The notes below the pieces were generated by a model that worked only from the letters and a program-made list of their open reading frames with translations, had not been told where the DNA came from and searched no databases. DNA of 64,000 nucleotides from Fibrobacteria bacterium (GTDB lineage Bacteria > Fibrobacterota > Fibrobacteria > UBA11236 > JADFYW01): assembly GCA_015232855.1 (NCBI GenBank), contig JADFYW010000005.1, forward strand, positions 19,926-83,925. Direction: 5' to 3'. A program made the position numbers and the translations under genes. Positions 16,301-24,338 of this stretch are shown here, piece after piece (positions within the stretch are counted from its first letter, which is position 1; each line of letters starts with the position of its first letter).

Positions 16301-17803
16301 TCCCGTACCATTGATTACAGAAAGAGAGAAATTATCCAGTATTGCAAAATTTGCCGTAATATCCAGAGAATTTTTTAACACCACTATCATACGGGTTCTT
16401 GTTGAGTCTATAACCATACCTGAGTCGTTATTCTCCAGACCGGACCAACGGGTTAAGCGGTATCCGGCCTTTGCCTCGTACCCAAGAATAAGTGTATCGC
16501 CATAGAAAAATGTGGTTTTAATCACACTCCCCCTAAGAGAATCATTCCCGTTTACGATAATTATTGAACCTTTACGCGCACTATCGGCTTTTACAACAAC
16601 AGCCAGACTTATCTTTTGAAATTGCACATTAATCGCGACATCTGCGCTGATACGCTCAACGGTTAGCTGTCCCTTTTCAAGGGCTGATGAATCCAGGTTT
16701 CCATCAATCTTCACTTCTGAGAGTTGATAACCGGTATGAGCCATGAATATAAATTTGCGGCTGCTGTCTTTTTCAATCCAGACCAATCCCTTATCTCCTG
16801 AGGGTGATACGATTCCCCCTTCATTCCAGGTAACCGTAACCAGGAAAGCGGAATCAACAACATTCACCTTTGTTTCAATTGATTTTACGATTGTAGCAGA
16901 AACATTATTGGTAACCTCCACATAATAAATACCAATGTCAGTTTTTTCTACCGAGGGAATTTTATAGACGTTACTGACTGCTCCCTCAATTAACTCACCG
17001 TCTCCATCGGTATTCTTTTTGTACCAACGATAAATCGGACTGGAACCGGTTACCAGCACAAAGAGAAGTACTTCTCCTCCTGGTTTTATGGTATACACAG
17101 AATCAAGATCTTTTTCCAGACTTACCGGAAGCACCTTATCACTTACTTCCACTTTGAAGTAATTTGATGTATCCGCGCGGGAGTCAACAGTTTTACTACG
17201 AACAATCACCCGATACACGCCACTATCAGAAGATGATACTGAGCTTATTTTCATCGCAGTATCTTCAGATACCAATTCATTTCCTTTATACCAGGAATAA
17301 CTAACGGTGTCTTTAGCGGCAACCGAAGGGTGTATCACCAATGGTTGATTAAGACTCGCAACGTAATCCGGGATACTGTCTATTTCTATTGATGTGAGTT
17401 GTTCGGTGCGTAGTGAATCCTCTTTTATTATGGCGTCAGTTATATCTTCATAGTCAGGCTTGAGTTTCTCGGAGGTTTCATCCATTTGGTACTTTACAGC
17501 GGCAACGATCGTGTCCTCTATCTTAGCGATAATTATAAACTCAAATATTTTACCCACCTCGTCAGTCAACTTCACATTTTTGGGAAACGGTTCTCCTTTT
17601 ATCCAAGTATACAATGGAATTTTACTAGTATCGCCCTCGTTTACCGCAGAAAAAAAGATTGAGTCATAGGCATCCTGATTAATTGAACCCGCTTCAATAT
17701 CTACAACCCGTTGTGAAGGTGCGGTATTAGGCCGAAACAAGTCACAGGCAAAAATCATCCAGGTGACAAGAAAAAGGAGTAGTAGAAATATCAATTTTTT
17801 CAT
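13319..17803 (-). CDS. 1494-aa surface lipoprotein with Ig-like, InlB-B-repeat-like, chitobiase-C-like, FN3 and C-terminal beta-propeller-like repeats
   Basis: Lipobox MKKLIFLLLLFLVTWMIFAC. Recurrent GY-x-hydrophobic-x-x-W modules (GYQLSEVKIDG, GYRLTRWSG, GYQLLHWKLG, NYVFTGWDG, GWEFSGFRLG, GFHFVSWSV, DYTFSGWTV). TIYYTRDGLDPDTNSTKYTTPI. FN3-like LSWTGVPQAEYYKVYRD...YYWYRVRAF. Six repeats of the type GGSGTDIGYSVVESMDGSFTIVG. Confidence 0.8.
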   Translation of the reverse strand: MKKLIFLLLLFLVTWMIFACDLFRPNTAPSQRVVDIEAGSINQDAYDSIFFSAVNEGDTSKIPLYTWIKGEPFPKNVKLTDEVGKIFEFIIIAKIEDTIVAAVKYQMDETSEKLKPDYEDITDAIIKEDSLRTEQLTSIEIDSIPDYVASLNQPLVIHPSVAAKDTVSYSWYKGNELVSEDTAMKISSVSSSDSGVYRVIVRSKTVDSRADTSNYFKVEVSDKVLPVSLEKDLDSVYTIKPGGEVLLFVLVTGSSPIYRWYKKNTDGDGELIEGAVSNVYKIPSVEKTDIGIYYVEVTNNVSATIVKSIETKVNVVDSAFLVTVTWNEGGIVSPSGDKGLVWIEKDSSRKFIFMAHTGYQLSEVKIDGNLDSSALEKGQLTVERISADVAINVQFQKISLAVVVKADSARKGSIIIVNGNDSLRGSVIKTTFFYGDTLILGYEAKAGYRLTRWSGLENNDSGMVIDSTRTRMIVVLKNSLDITANFAILDNFSLSVINGTGGRGIVSPERDSYTFNDSVICTAVPDSGYQLLHWKLGETVSKKDTLKLSIQSDTIVEAIFEKKVYHITITINESSFGDVVIDTNSNTFSYGDSVTITALPASNYVFTGWDGYSLDDSIIVLRVTQNYDLTANFAPFGKFQIKVTALEGGAISIPDQKEFYTLGETVRVTATPEFGWEFSGFRLGDSTVNTNPWTIVVEQHLSAEAAFTKKKIEVGFVIEPDNGGIPSIDSNIIYWGDNKWIFANPNTGFHFVSWSVFKGSAIFLNAVADSTRITLVDSLTSLTLKAEYAKNRYDLDILQSDSGNQTGPDSAEHGLAMNISAIAGDDYTFSGWTVESGSAVFGNADNSETEVTLTQGNAIIKANYQLKSYAPVVTFSHSSGRFNDDFDLSMSFTGGNASVTIYYTRDGLDPDTNSTKYTTPISISLSDTIKARAFEYTSYRPSETITTGAYIKNTAPTVSITLPEQTRDSAFSVTSLANVSGTTMDDTTIASITATLNSTPITVTGTNNWSLTAPLSDWTWDTLIVTVTDSDGLSHKDSCYLYYLKPLSTPAGLSIDSTGKSGMKLSWTGVPQAEYYKVYRDTAAAPALAAGNTAATSFVDTGLTPATYYWYRVRAFHTPPGGHGKIDSSDYSNSASAHSYIVFQKALDFGYTNLSGYSVLQTADSGYVVAGAAEIEGDQECFIATLDKFGNWTSGQNWKKNFGGGGDDYCYEIKKTSDNGYVLSGKFYVADEDAYLLKLTASGAVSGLQEYYGGSGTDIGYSVVESMDGSFTIVGENSGNVYLVNETGTANWKKDFGSGIGYSIKQRSDDSNFVIAGSKGFQAFLMEINYDTKDTSWLTPFNYGAWGNAARALHLTSDGFFFVGNTNSTGTSEDLYLVKTNTSGAEQWKKIYAGSADDIGYSIEASQDGGYIVAGMTASYGAGGNDVYLLNLNTSGDTLWTRTFGGTGDDEGRSVKTASDGGYVILGTTNSYGTTPSFYLIKTDGEGLSGELTE

Positions 17804-17806
17804 AAT

Positions 17807-18742
17807 TTATTGTTGTGTATCAACAAGTACATCCAGGTTAACGGTTCCTTCGGAGATGGTTTCACCATCTTCTTCGGTAAACCAGTTATAAAAAAGATAC
17901 CCGGTGAACCCTGCTGTAACAAGACTCAAACCTACATAAGGCCAGGGTGATTTTAAAATTGATTTTTTTCGTTTGCGCTTTTTAGTGGGAACCGATTCCT
18001 TATCGCCCCCATTTTGTGCAGTTTCATCGGGATGAGCAAGTTTCCGGATGTATTCGTCCATGCTGAAATCTTCAACAAAGCCAACCTTCGGTATTTTATA
18101 ATTTACCAAACCCTCTATTAATAAGATGTCCCCCCCCAGGAAAAACGAATTGACTATTTTCAGGTGATTTGAATTTACCTGTATCGGAACACTGGTCCCA
18201 TGGACAATGGTATTGTTCATATAGAGGCTACCAGTCCTCTCTAAAACAATCCCCCACCAGGGCTTTTTCATTTCTTCCGGGCTAAGGAGTAACGTATCCA
18301 CAGCACTACTCAGCTGTACCCGTTCTTCCTGAGTTCCCTGCATCACCAATGAACCTTTTACAATGATTGCATTTGCCGGTTGAGGGTCCGCAAAGGCCAG
18401 ATAAGTATTTTTATTTATCATAACCGACACATTCTCGGCAATAAACATGGTATCACAAGGGAACAGATAAACAGAGGGTTTATCGGCCTTGCCATCTCCA
18501 ATCGTCCCGGAAAGGAATTTATAGAACTCCGGGTCTTCCTTACAGTCTTTAGTAGAAGCCGATAAGGGAATAACCGACAGCCACAAGAAAAGAGAGATAA
18601 ACCAGGCAACAGATACCTTTTTAAGCCCCGGAGAGGCATGCTCCCTACCAATTCTCAGCGCGAATGTATTATGAAAATACACGATCCCCCATATACCTGT
18701 AAAAACAACCCTAAAAGTACAAATTTTACCAAAATCAGGCAT
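17807..18742 (-). CDS. hypothetical membrane-anchored protein (possible beta-helix ectodomain)
   Basis: The stop lies 3 nt before the start of the 1494-aa gene. Hydrophobic segment VSVAWFISLFLWLSVIPLSAS, a Lys-rich stretch KKRKRKK and the C-terminal TM WPYVGLSLVTAGFTGYLFYNWF. The track start is GTG 18757; the first ATG is at 18742. Confidence 0.5.
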   Translation of the reverse strand: MPDFGKICTFRVVFTGIWGIVYFHNTFALRIGREHASPGLKKVSVAWFISLFLWLSVIPLSASTKDCKEDPEFYKFLSGTIGDGKADKPSVYLFPCDTMFIAENVSVMINKNTYLAFADPQPANAIIVKGSLVMQGTQEERVQLSSAVDTLLLSPEEMKKPWWGIVLERTGSLYMNNTIVHGTSVPIQVNSNHLKIVNSFFLGGDILLIEGLVNYKIPKVGFVEDFSMDEYIRKLAHPDETAQNGGDKESVPTKKRKRKKSILKSPWPYVGLSLVTAGFTGYLFYNWFTEEDGETISEGTVNLDVLVDTQQ

Positions 18743-18830
18743 TATTGTTCCATACACTAAAAACTAACTATAATTGCTCATTAAAGATAGAAAAGACCAT
18801 AAACCCTAAACTAAAATACGGTTACAAATC

Positions 18831-19688
18831 ATGAAAACCCTAGTAGATTGCTTTCCCTGCTATATTAATCAGGCACTAGACGGTTCCAGAACCGTTACTT
18901 CTGATGAATCAATTCAAAAAAAGGTACTGGACGAAACGGTAAAAATGCTTCAAAATCTGGATTATAACCGCGTCCCGGCAGAAACCGGAGCCGAAGTTTT
19001 CCGTATCATCCAAAGGGTTACCGGAAACAGCGACCCTTACCTGGAAGTAAAAAACAGATTTAACAACTTTGCCCTGGAATTAGAAACAGCCCTGCGGAAA
19101 AGAATTAAAGACTCAGAAGACCCGTTTATCACTGCCGCCTTATTTGCCATCACTGGCAACATCATTGACTTCGGTATCGGTGGTGGCATCAATGAAGAAC
19201 GGGTACTGGCAGAGCTACAAAATATTGCCCGGGAAACCGATGTTATTTCCAATCTGGAGCAACTTAAACAAAGTACAATAAAAGCAAAACAAATCCTCTA
19301 TATCGGAGACAATGCAGGAGAAATTGTTTTTGACAAACTCTTTGTAGAAAGACTAACACCCGCAAAGGTGACCTTTGCCGTTCGGAGTGAACCAATCATA
19401 AATGATATAACCATGAAAGATGCTCACGATGTAGGACTCACGAGTTTAGTGGAAGTAATCCCCAGTGGTTCTTGTATTCCGGGTACACTCGTTCAAAACT
19501 GTACAACTGAATTTCAGGACCTCTTTTATCAAGCAGATGTAATCATCTCAAAGGGTCAGGGAAACTACGAAACCCTTCACCATGAAAAAAGACCTGTTTT
19601 CTTTTTACTAAAGGTAAAATGCCCCACAGTGGTTAAAACCCTGGGAAAAAAATTAGGCGATGTAATGTGTATTGTCCCGGAGATATAG
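18831..19688 (+). CDS. DUF89 family protein (damage-control phosphatase ARMT1-like)
   Basis: Motifs CFPCYINQAL, SDPY, AITGNIIDFG, YIGDNAGEIVFDKLF, ISKGQGNYETL and FFLLKVKCPTVV follow the DUF89 pattern. Confidence 0.85.
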   Translation: MKTLVDCFPCYINQALDGSRTVTSDESIQKKVLDETVKMLQNLDYNRVPAETGAEVFRIIQRVTGNSDPYLEVKNRFNNFALELETALRKRIKDSEDPFITAALFAITGNIIDFGIGGGINEERVLAELQNIARETDVISNLEQLKQSTIKAKQILYIGDNAGEIVFDKLFVERLTPAKVTFAVRSEPIINDITMKDAHDVGLTSLVEVIPSGSCIPGTLVQNCTTEFQDLFYQADVIISKGQGNYETLHHEKRPVFFLLKVKCPTVVKTLGKKLGDVMCIVPEI

Positions 19689-19692
19689 TTAT

Positions 19693-19735
19693 CAGTTGTC
19701 AGTCATCAGTCGTCAGTAATCAGTAATCAGTAATC
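19693..19735. repeat. tandem heptamer array (CAGTNNT x6), left arm of inverted pair
   Basis: CAGTTGT CAGTCAT CAGTCGT CAGTAAT CAGTAAT CAGTAAT C, starting 5 nt after the DUF89 stop. Confidence 0.9.
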
Positions 19736-19906
19736 AAATTGAACTGTTTTCTTGAGATAAATAAAAGCATAACACGTTATATCAGAAAAAAATAAAGTGA
19801 CGGATATAGTGTCTTTTCAAAAGTCTTTAATTCAAAGAAACCAAGTGTTCAACAACGAAGAAATAATGACTGAGTTTTATATATTATTTACGTGAAACGC
19901 ATTATT

Positions 19907-19948
19907 TTACTGACTACTGACTACTGACGACTGACGACTGATTACTCA
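19907..19948. repeat. tandem heptamer array (TGACNAC-type), right arm, reverse complement of left arm
   Basis: TTAC TGACTAC TGACTAC TGACGAC TGACGAC TGATTAC TC, ending 5 nt before the stop of the minus-strand gene at 19953. Confidence 0.9.
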
Positions 19949-19952
19949 TCCC

Positions 19953-21341
19953 CTATCTAACAAGCAACTTATCCGTTCCTGAATACAGAGGAGATTGAAC
20001 ACTGATAACATACACACCTGGTTTTATGTGCCCAAGGTAAAAAAGAGCGCCAGGTGCCTTTATAAATTTTGAGAAGACCGACTGTCCGGAAATATCATAG
20101 ATGCGGAGTGCCACTCCACCCCTGCGAAGGGTAAAAAACATCTGTTTATTTTTTTTTATCTGGTTCACACTCCATGCATAATAAGGTTTTGTCTGTTCTT
20201 CTAAATCCCAGGCCGTGGCTACGGGCTCTTCATTCTGTATCTTTAAGAGTGCTGGGCTGCTGGTATCACTACCTGCACTGTTAGATACTATCACATCATA
20301 CACTGCACTATCGTCTTCAGCTTCAACTGAAGTGATAAAGAGCTCCTTCCCAGAAGCATTCGGTATGTCTTCACCATTTTTACGCCATTGAATCCGGGGT
20401 TCTGTTCCGGTAATATTGATATAAAACACAGCGGACTCTCCTCTGGCCACAGAAGCCGACTTTGGCTGCACCAGAATGGATACCGGCGCAGTAATGGTGA
20501 TACTCGTGGTAATCGCATAATGATCTGAATAGAACCTGAACGATTTCTTATCATTAAGAATATGTGCATTAGTAACTTCCAATCTTTCACCCCAAACCAG
20601 TATGTAATCTATTGGAGAACCTTTGGTTTTACCAGACCAACGATGGAAGGTGGCTGCCTCAGTCTCATGGGGATAGAGCTCTCTGAAGGAATGTGAAAAT
20701 TGAAGAGGAGAATCATCACTCTCCATTAGGTACTTCATCGCAGGACTGTTCTCTTCTGAGTTACAATCACAGGTTAAAATCACCCTGTCTGCCTGGTTTT
20801 CTCTTTCTCCAATTTTTTTCCCAATGACACGGGAGGCCTGTTCACGGGCATAATCAGAATGATGGCTGTAATGACTGTTATAAAAATAAAAATGTATGCC
20901 TGTTTCGATTTCTCTGAATCGTGCCCAGGTTACAATACGGGGTAATACCGCACCAATACCGATTGAACCGGGTTCATCCGGTGTAAGTGAAAGCCAGAAC
21001 GTACCTGAGGTGTCCACATCAAAGAGAGCGTTCTGATATACTATAGGACAGTATTCTCCTGCGGTATCACCATCAATACGACCCACACCAATTGATGAGT
21101 AATTGGGATTAGATCTGATGAGTTCTTCAAGCTGATAGAGATTAACTTCCTGAAGCCCGGCAATATCTGGTTTAACATCTGATAAAAGCTTGAATACCAG
21201 TCCTTTACGTTTATTCCAATCTTCGAGATCTGTTCCATTTTTGATATTGAATGACATAAGATCAAGATCCAGGCTAAACGCTGGTAGTGTCCCCAGCACC
21301 ATAATCAGAAAGATAAAAAATCGTTTTTTCATAACTATCAT
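19953..21341 (-). CDS. secreted endonuclease/exonuclease/phosphatase (EEP) family protein with Ig I-set-like domain and T9SS-type C-terminal domain
   Basis: Signal MKKRFFIFLIMVLGTLPAFS. EEP motifs SFNIKNG, DIAGLQEV and YSDHYAI. Ig-like segment PKSASVARGESAVFYINITG...IQWRKNGEDI...DSAVYDVIVSNSAGS. C-terminal domain ALRIYDISGQSV...IKPGVYVISVQ. The start may instead be ATG 21332. Confidence 0.8.
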   Translation of the reverse strand: MIVMKKRFFIFLIMVLGTLPAFSLDLDLMSFNIKNGTDLEDWNKRKGLVFKLLSDVKPDIAGLQEVNLYQLEELIRSNPNYSSIGVGRIDGDTAGEYCPIVYQNALFDVDTSGTFWLSLTPDEPGSIGIGAVLPRIVTWARFREIETGIHFYFYNSHYSHHSDYAREQASRVIGKKIGERENQADRVILTCDCNSEENSPAMKYLMESDDSPLQFSHSFRELYPHETEAATFHRWSGKTKGSPIDYILVWGERLEVTNAHILNDKKSFRFYSDHYAITTSITITAPVSILVQPKSASVARGESAVFYINITGTEPRIQWRKNGEDIPNASGKELFITSVEAEDDSAVYDVIVSNSAGSDTSSPALLKIQNEEPVATAWDLEEQTKPYYAWSVNQIKKNKQMFFTLRRGGVALRIYDISGQSVFSKFIKAPGALFYLGHIKPGVYVISVQSPLYSGTDKLLVR

Positions 21342-21492
21342 TTTTACTTAATGTAACGCGCTTCACCGTTAACTGTGCTAACCCGGCCCAGGATTAAAGT
21401 ATTTTACTAATATTATACCACAAAGGCGAAAAATAAGGAAGTAAAATCCCCTGCCAGTTTGCAAAAACAGGGTTTTTAAGGAAAAAACGGTA

Positions 21493-22290
21493 CTATAGGT
21501 TTTTTAACATTTTTTCAGCTGAAGAGATATCAGTCCTGTCCTCAATTAAAAAATCAGCACGGGGTAATGTGTTAATAATCTCTTTAAGGATCTTCCTTGC
21601 TTCTTCTTTCTTGCCTTCATCCTTAAGTACGTCAGCAAGAAAAAGTCTGCTTTTAAGATTTTCCGGATGTATTGAAACTGCTTTTCGAAGAAGCTTAATA
21701 GCATCTTTGTTGGAAGGCCAGGTAAGTAAAAAGGGGATACGCGGCGCCTGGTGGTTCATGCGCCCAAGCAAACTCAATGCAGCACCTTTTCTAAAGGTGG
21801 AATCTTGTTTAATAATATCATCAAGCATAGACTTCATTTTGCCGGCGGAACCCTGTTTAACCGCAGCCAATTTCCCATATACCTCTGCCCACTTACCAAA
21901 CATCACCGCTTGCCAATATTTCAGGGGAGCAAAGGTGGGATGTTTTTTCAGAGCAGACGCTCCGAGCATTTTCCCATTATTATACACCTTTTTACGTTCA
22001 TCTTTTGACATCGGCACAAAGGTCCCTTTGAAATAGTAGCATGCCATGAGCCGTACCGCCCCCTCCTTATCTGAATGTTCTCCATAGGCTATTTTGAAAT
22101 AATGAATAGCGCTATCGATAGGACCGGCCTTCGCCCAACGGCCATCTGCACCTTCTGCCCGTCTTTTAAACCAGTTGATACCAGGATCAATATCCGCAAC
22201 TAAAACCGTATCATTTATCACGGCCTTATCAACATCCGGGTTAGCAAAAAGAATGTTAAGGAGTAACATAAATGGTATAACAATCTTCAT
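21493..22290 (-). CDS. secreted TPR-like helical repeat protein
   Basis: Signal MKIVIPFMLLLNILFA. Helical repeat character with a C-terminal motif like LADVLKDEGKKEEARKILKEII. The family is not firmly recognised. Confidence 0.45.
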   Translation of the reverse strand: MKIVIPFMLLLNILFANPDVDKAVINDTVLVADIDPGINWFKRRAEGADGRWAKAGPIDSAIHYFKIAYGEHSDKEGAVRLMACYYFKGTFVPMSKDERKKVYNNGKMLGASALKKHPTFAPLKYWQAVMFGKWAEVYGKLAAVKQGSAGKMKSMLDDIIKQDSTFRKGAALSLLGRMNHQAPRIPFLLTWPSNKDAIKLLRKAVSIHPENLKSRLFLADVLKDEGKKEEARKILKEIINTLPRADFLIEDRTDISSAEKMLKNL

Positions 22291-22442
22291 AATTTAGATC
22301 CTTGAAATATTACTGAACGAGATAAAAATATACAAAATTTATATTCATGAGTACTCGTAAGATAGTCTTAAACCGACATTCTCTTCGCCTACGACATTGG
22401 GATTACAGAAAACCGGCATCTTATTTTGTAACGTTCAATATC

Positions 22443-22478
22443 AAAAAAAGGGAACCCACCTGCCCGGCAAGGTTCCCC
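22443..22478 (-). terminator. Rho-independent terminator closing the beta-oxidation operon
   Basis: The minus strand reads GGGGAACC-ttgccgggcaggtg-GGTTCCC-TTTTTTT, located 43 nt after the acyl-CoA dehydrogenase stop. Confidence 0.7.
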
Positions 22479-22520
22479 AAACGTTGTTACTCGATTAAGG
22501 TTAAACGGTAGAAACTATGC

Positions 22521-24302
22521 CTAAAGGTTGTAACGTCCCTGTTCTATGAGGTGTGCTGCCAGGTTACGACGCAGTGTCTTGGCGTTTATCGGCACAAACT
22601 TCATGAAACGTTTGAAGGCACTTAAAATAATTTTAAGCTCATCACCTTCCAGCACTGAAGCTGCCGCTTCTTTTAGTTTGGCGTCTATCGTGAAAGCGGC
22701 TTCCATGGCACAGAGTTTTGCGATGTCAATATATCTGGCCGCTTTTTCTTCACCCTTGGCTTCCACCAGTTTTAAAGTACGGAGGATGACACTTTCAAGA
22801 GCATACACTTCTATCATACAGTCAGCGACCATTCCCAGGAGTTCCTGTTCTTTCTGAAGTTTAGCCCCGAACCGCTGAACCCCTGCACCTGAGGCCAGGA
22901 CAACGGCTTTTTTCGCGTTCATCAGCAAACGTTTTTCCTGTTCCAGGATTTCTCCGGTTTCTTCAGCCAGACTTGGAAACTCGGTGATTTCTTTTTGAAC
23001 TGCGTTTACCGCAGCCAATACATCAAGCTCACCTTTAAGACCCTTTTTCAACAACATACCCGGTATGAGCATACGATTGATTTCGTTAGTTCCCTCAAAA
23101 ATACGGTTGATACGGGAGTCCCGGTAGGCCCGCTCCATTGGGTATTCCTGAGAAAAGCCGTAGCCACCAAAGCATTGCAGACCTTCATCAGACACAAAGT
23201 CTATCATTTCACTGCCATAGACTTTCACAATAGAACATTCAATAGAATATTCTTCAATACTCTTTAAAATTTGGCGTTTAGCATCTTCTGCAGATTTATC
23301 TATGGTATCTACCAGGCTCTGAATAAGGCCAACCGTACGGTAAACCATGCTTTCTGCGGCAAAAGTGCGAGTTGCCATTTTTGCCAGTTTTTCTTGTATC
23401 ATACCAAATTTATTGATCGTTTTCCCAAACTGTTCACGCTCAGAAGTATACTTTACCGCTTTATCAACAACATCCTTAGCGGCTCCCAGCGCACCGGCCC
23501 CCAGTTTAAAACGGCCGATGTTCAGAATATTCAGGGCTATCTTTGCACCAATGCCCGGTTCTCCCAACAAATTTTCTACCGGTACTTTGACATTATCAAG
23601 ATTTACCACGGTGGTGGAAGAGCCTTTTATTCCCAGCTTTTTTTCTTCTTCGCCTACAGACAATCCTTCAAAAGAACGTTCTACAATAAAGGCTGAGAAC
23701 TGTTCCCCGTCTATTTTGGCAAAGACGATAAAACATTTCGCAAAGCCACCGTTAGTGATAAATATCTTGCTCCCATTTATCACATAGTGCTTTTTATCAT
23801 CACTCAGTACGGCTTTTGTTTTAGCGGCCAGGGCGTCAGAGCCTGAACCGGGTTCTGTTAAAGCATATGCCCCCACCCATTCGCCACTCGAAAGCAGGGG
23901 AAGATATTTTTCTTTTTGTTCTTTGGTGCCATAATACACAATAGGCAATGTTGCAATACCACTATGGGCACCCATGGTTACGCAAAACGAACCCGCCCGC
24001 CCCAGCTCTTCACTCACAATAGTGCTGGTAACTTTATCGAGATCTATCCCCCCAAAATCTTCTTCAACTTCTATCCCCAGCAGCCCAAGTTCACCTGCTT
24101 TTGCCATCAAATCCTGAGAAATATCATAATTAATTTTATCTATTTCATCACGAACCGGTGTTACCTCCCCATCAACAAACTTCCGGGCGGTATCCTGTAT
24201 CATTACATGTTCTTCGGAAAAATCCTCCGGGGTAAAAACCTGTTTGGGATCTGAGGGCCCGAGTATATAACTTCCACCTTTCACATATTTCTGGTCACTC
24301 AT
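22521..24302 (-). CDS. acyl-CoA dehydrogenase (long, about 590-aa type with extra C-terminal helical domain)
   Basis: Motifs GAYALTEPGSGSD, ITNGGFA and YGFSQEYPMERAYRDSRINRIFEGTNEINR (catalytic-base region). Confidence 0.9.
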   Translation of the reverse strand: MSDQKYVKGGSYILGPSDPKQVFTPEDFSEEHVMIQDTARKFVDGEVTPVRDEIDKINYDISQDLMAKAGELGLLGIEVEEDFGGIDLDKVTSTIVSEELGRAGSFCVTMGAHSGIATLPIVYYGTKEQKEKYLPLLSSGEWVGAYALTEPGSGSDALAAKTKAVLSDDKKHYVINGSKIFITNGGFAKCFIVFAKIDGEQFSAFIVERSFEGLSVGEEEKKLGIKGSSTTVVNLDNVKVPVENLLGEPGIGAKIALNILNIGRFKLGAGALGAAKDVVDKAVKYTSEREQFGKTINKFGMIQEKLAKMATRTFAAESMVYRTVGLIQSLVDTIDKSAEDAKRQILKSIEEYSIECSIVKVYGSEMIDFVSDEGLQCFGGYGFSQEYPMERAYRDSRINRIFEGTNEINRMLIPGMLLKKGLKGELDVLAAVNAVQKEITEFPSLAEETGEILEQEKRLLMNAKKAVVLASGAGVQRFGAKLQKEQELLGMVADCMIEVYALESVILRTLKLVEAKGEEKAARYIDIAKLCAMEAAFTIDAKLKEAAASVLEGDELKIILSAFKRFMKFVPINAKTLRRNLAAHLIEQGRYNL

Positions 24303-24338
24303 GGTAGTCTCCTTTTGTTGGGGTAGTATTTTTTATCT

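Noticed and set aside
19693-19948. Possible CRISPR array or coding repeat.
   Set aside because: The units are only 7 nt, directly tandem with no spacers, and sit outside ORFs. I report them as heptamer inverted arrays, not as CRISPR.
21443-21478. CCCTG…CAGGG hairpin between the TPR-like and EEP genes, as a terminator.
   Set aside because: The stem is only 5 bp with a 14-nt loop and an interrupted U-tract. It is too weak to list as a feature.
23271-23787. Long antisense ORFs inside strong genes: 23271-23696 and 23347-23787 opposite the acyl-CoA dehydrogenase gene, 30549-31159 opposite etfA, 10330-10872 opposite the kinase gene, 21569-22036 opposite the TPR-like gene, and 51956-52339 opposite the FapA gene.
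   Set aside because: These are shadow ORFs on the strand opposite genes with clear family motifs. Their translations are low-complexity and Ser/Pro/Phe-rich with no recognisable features.
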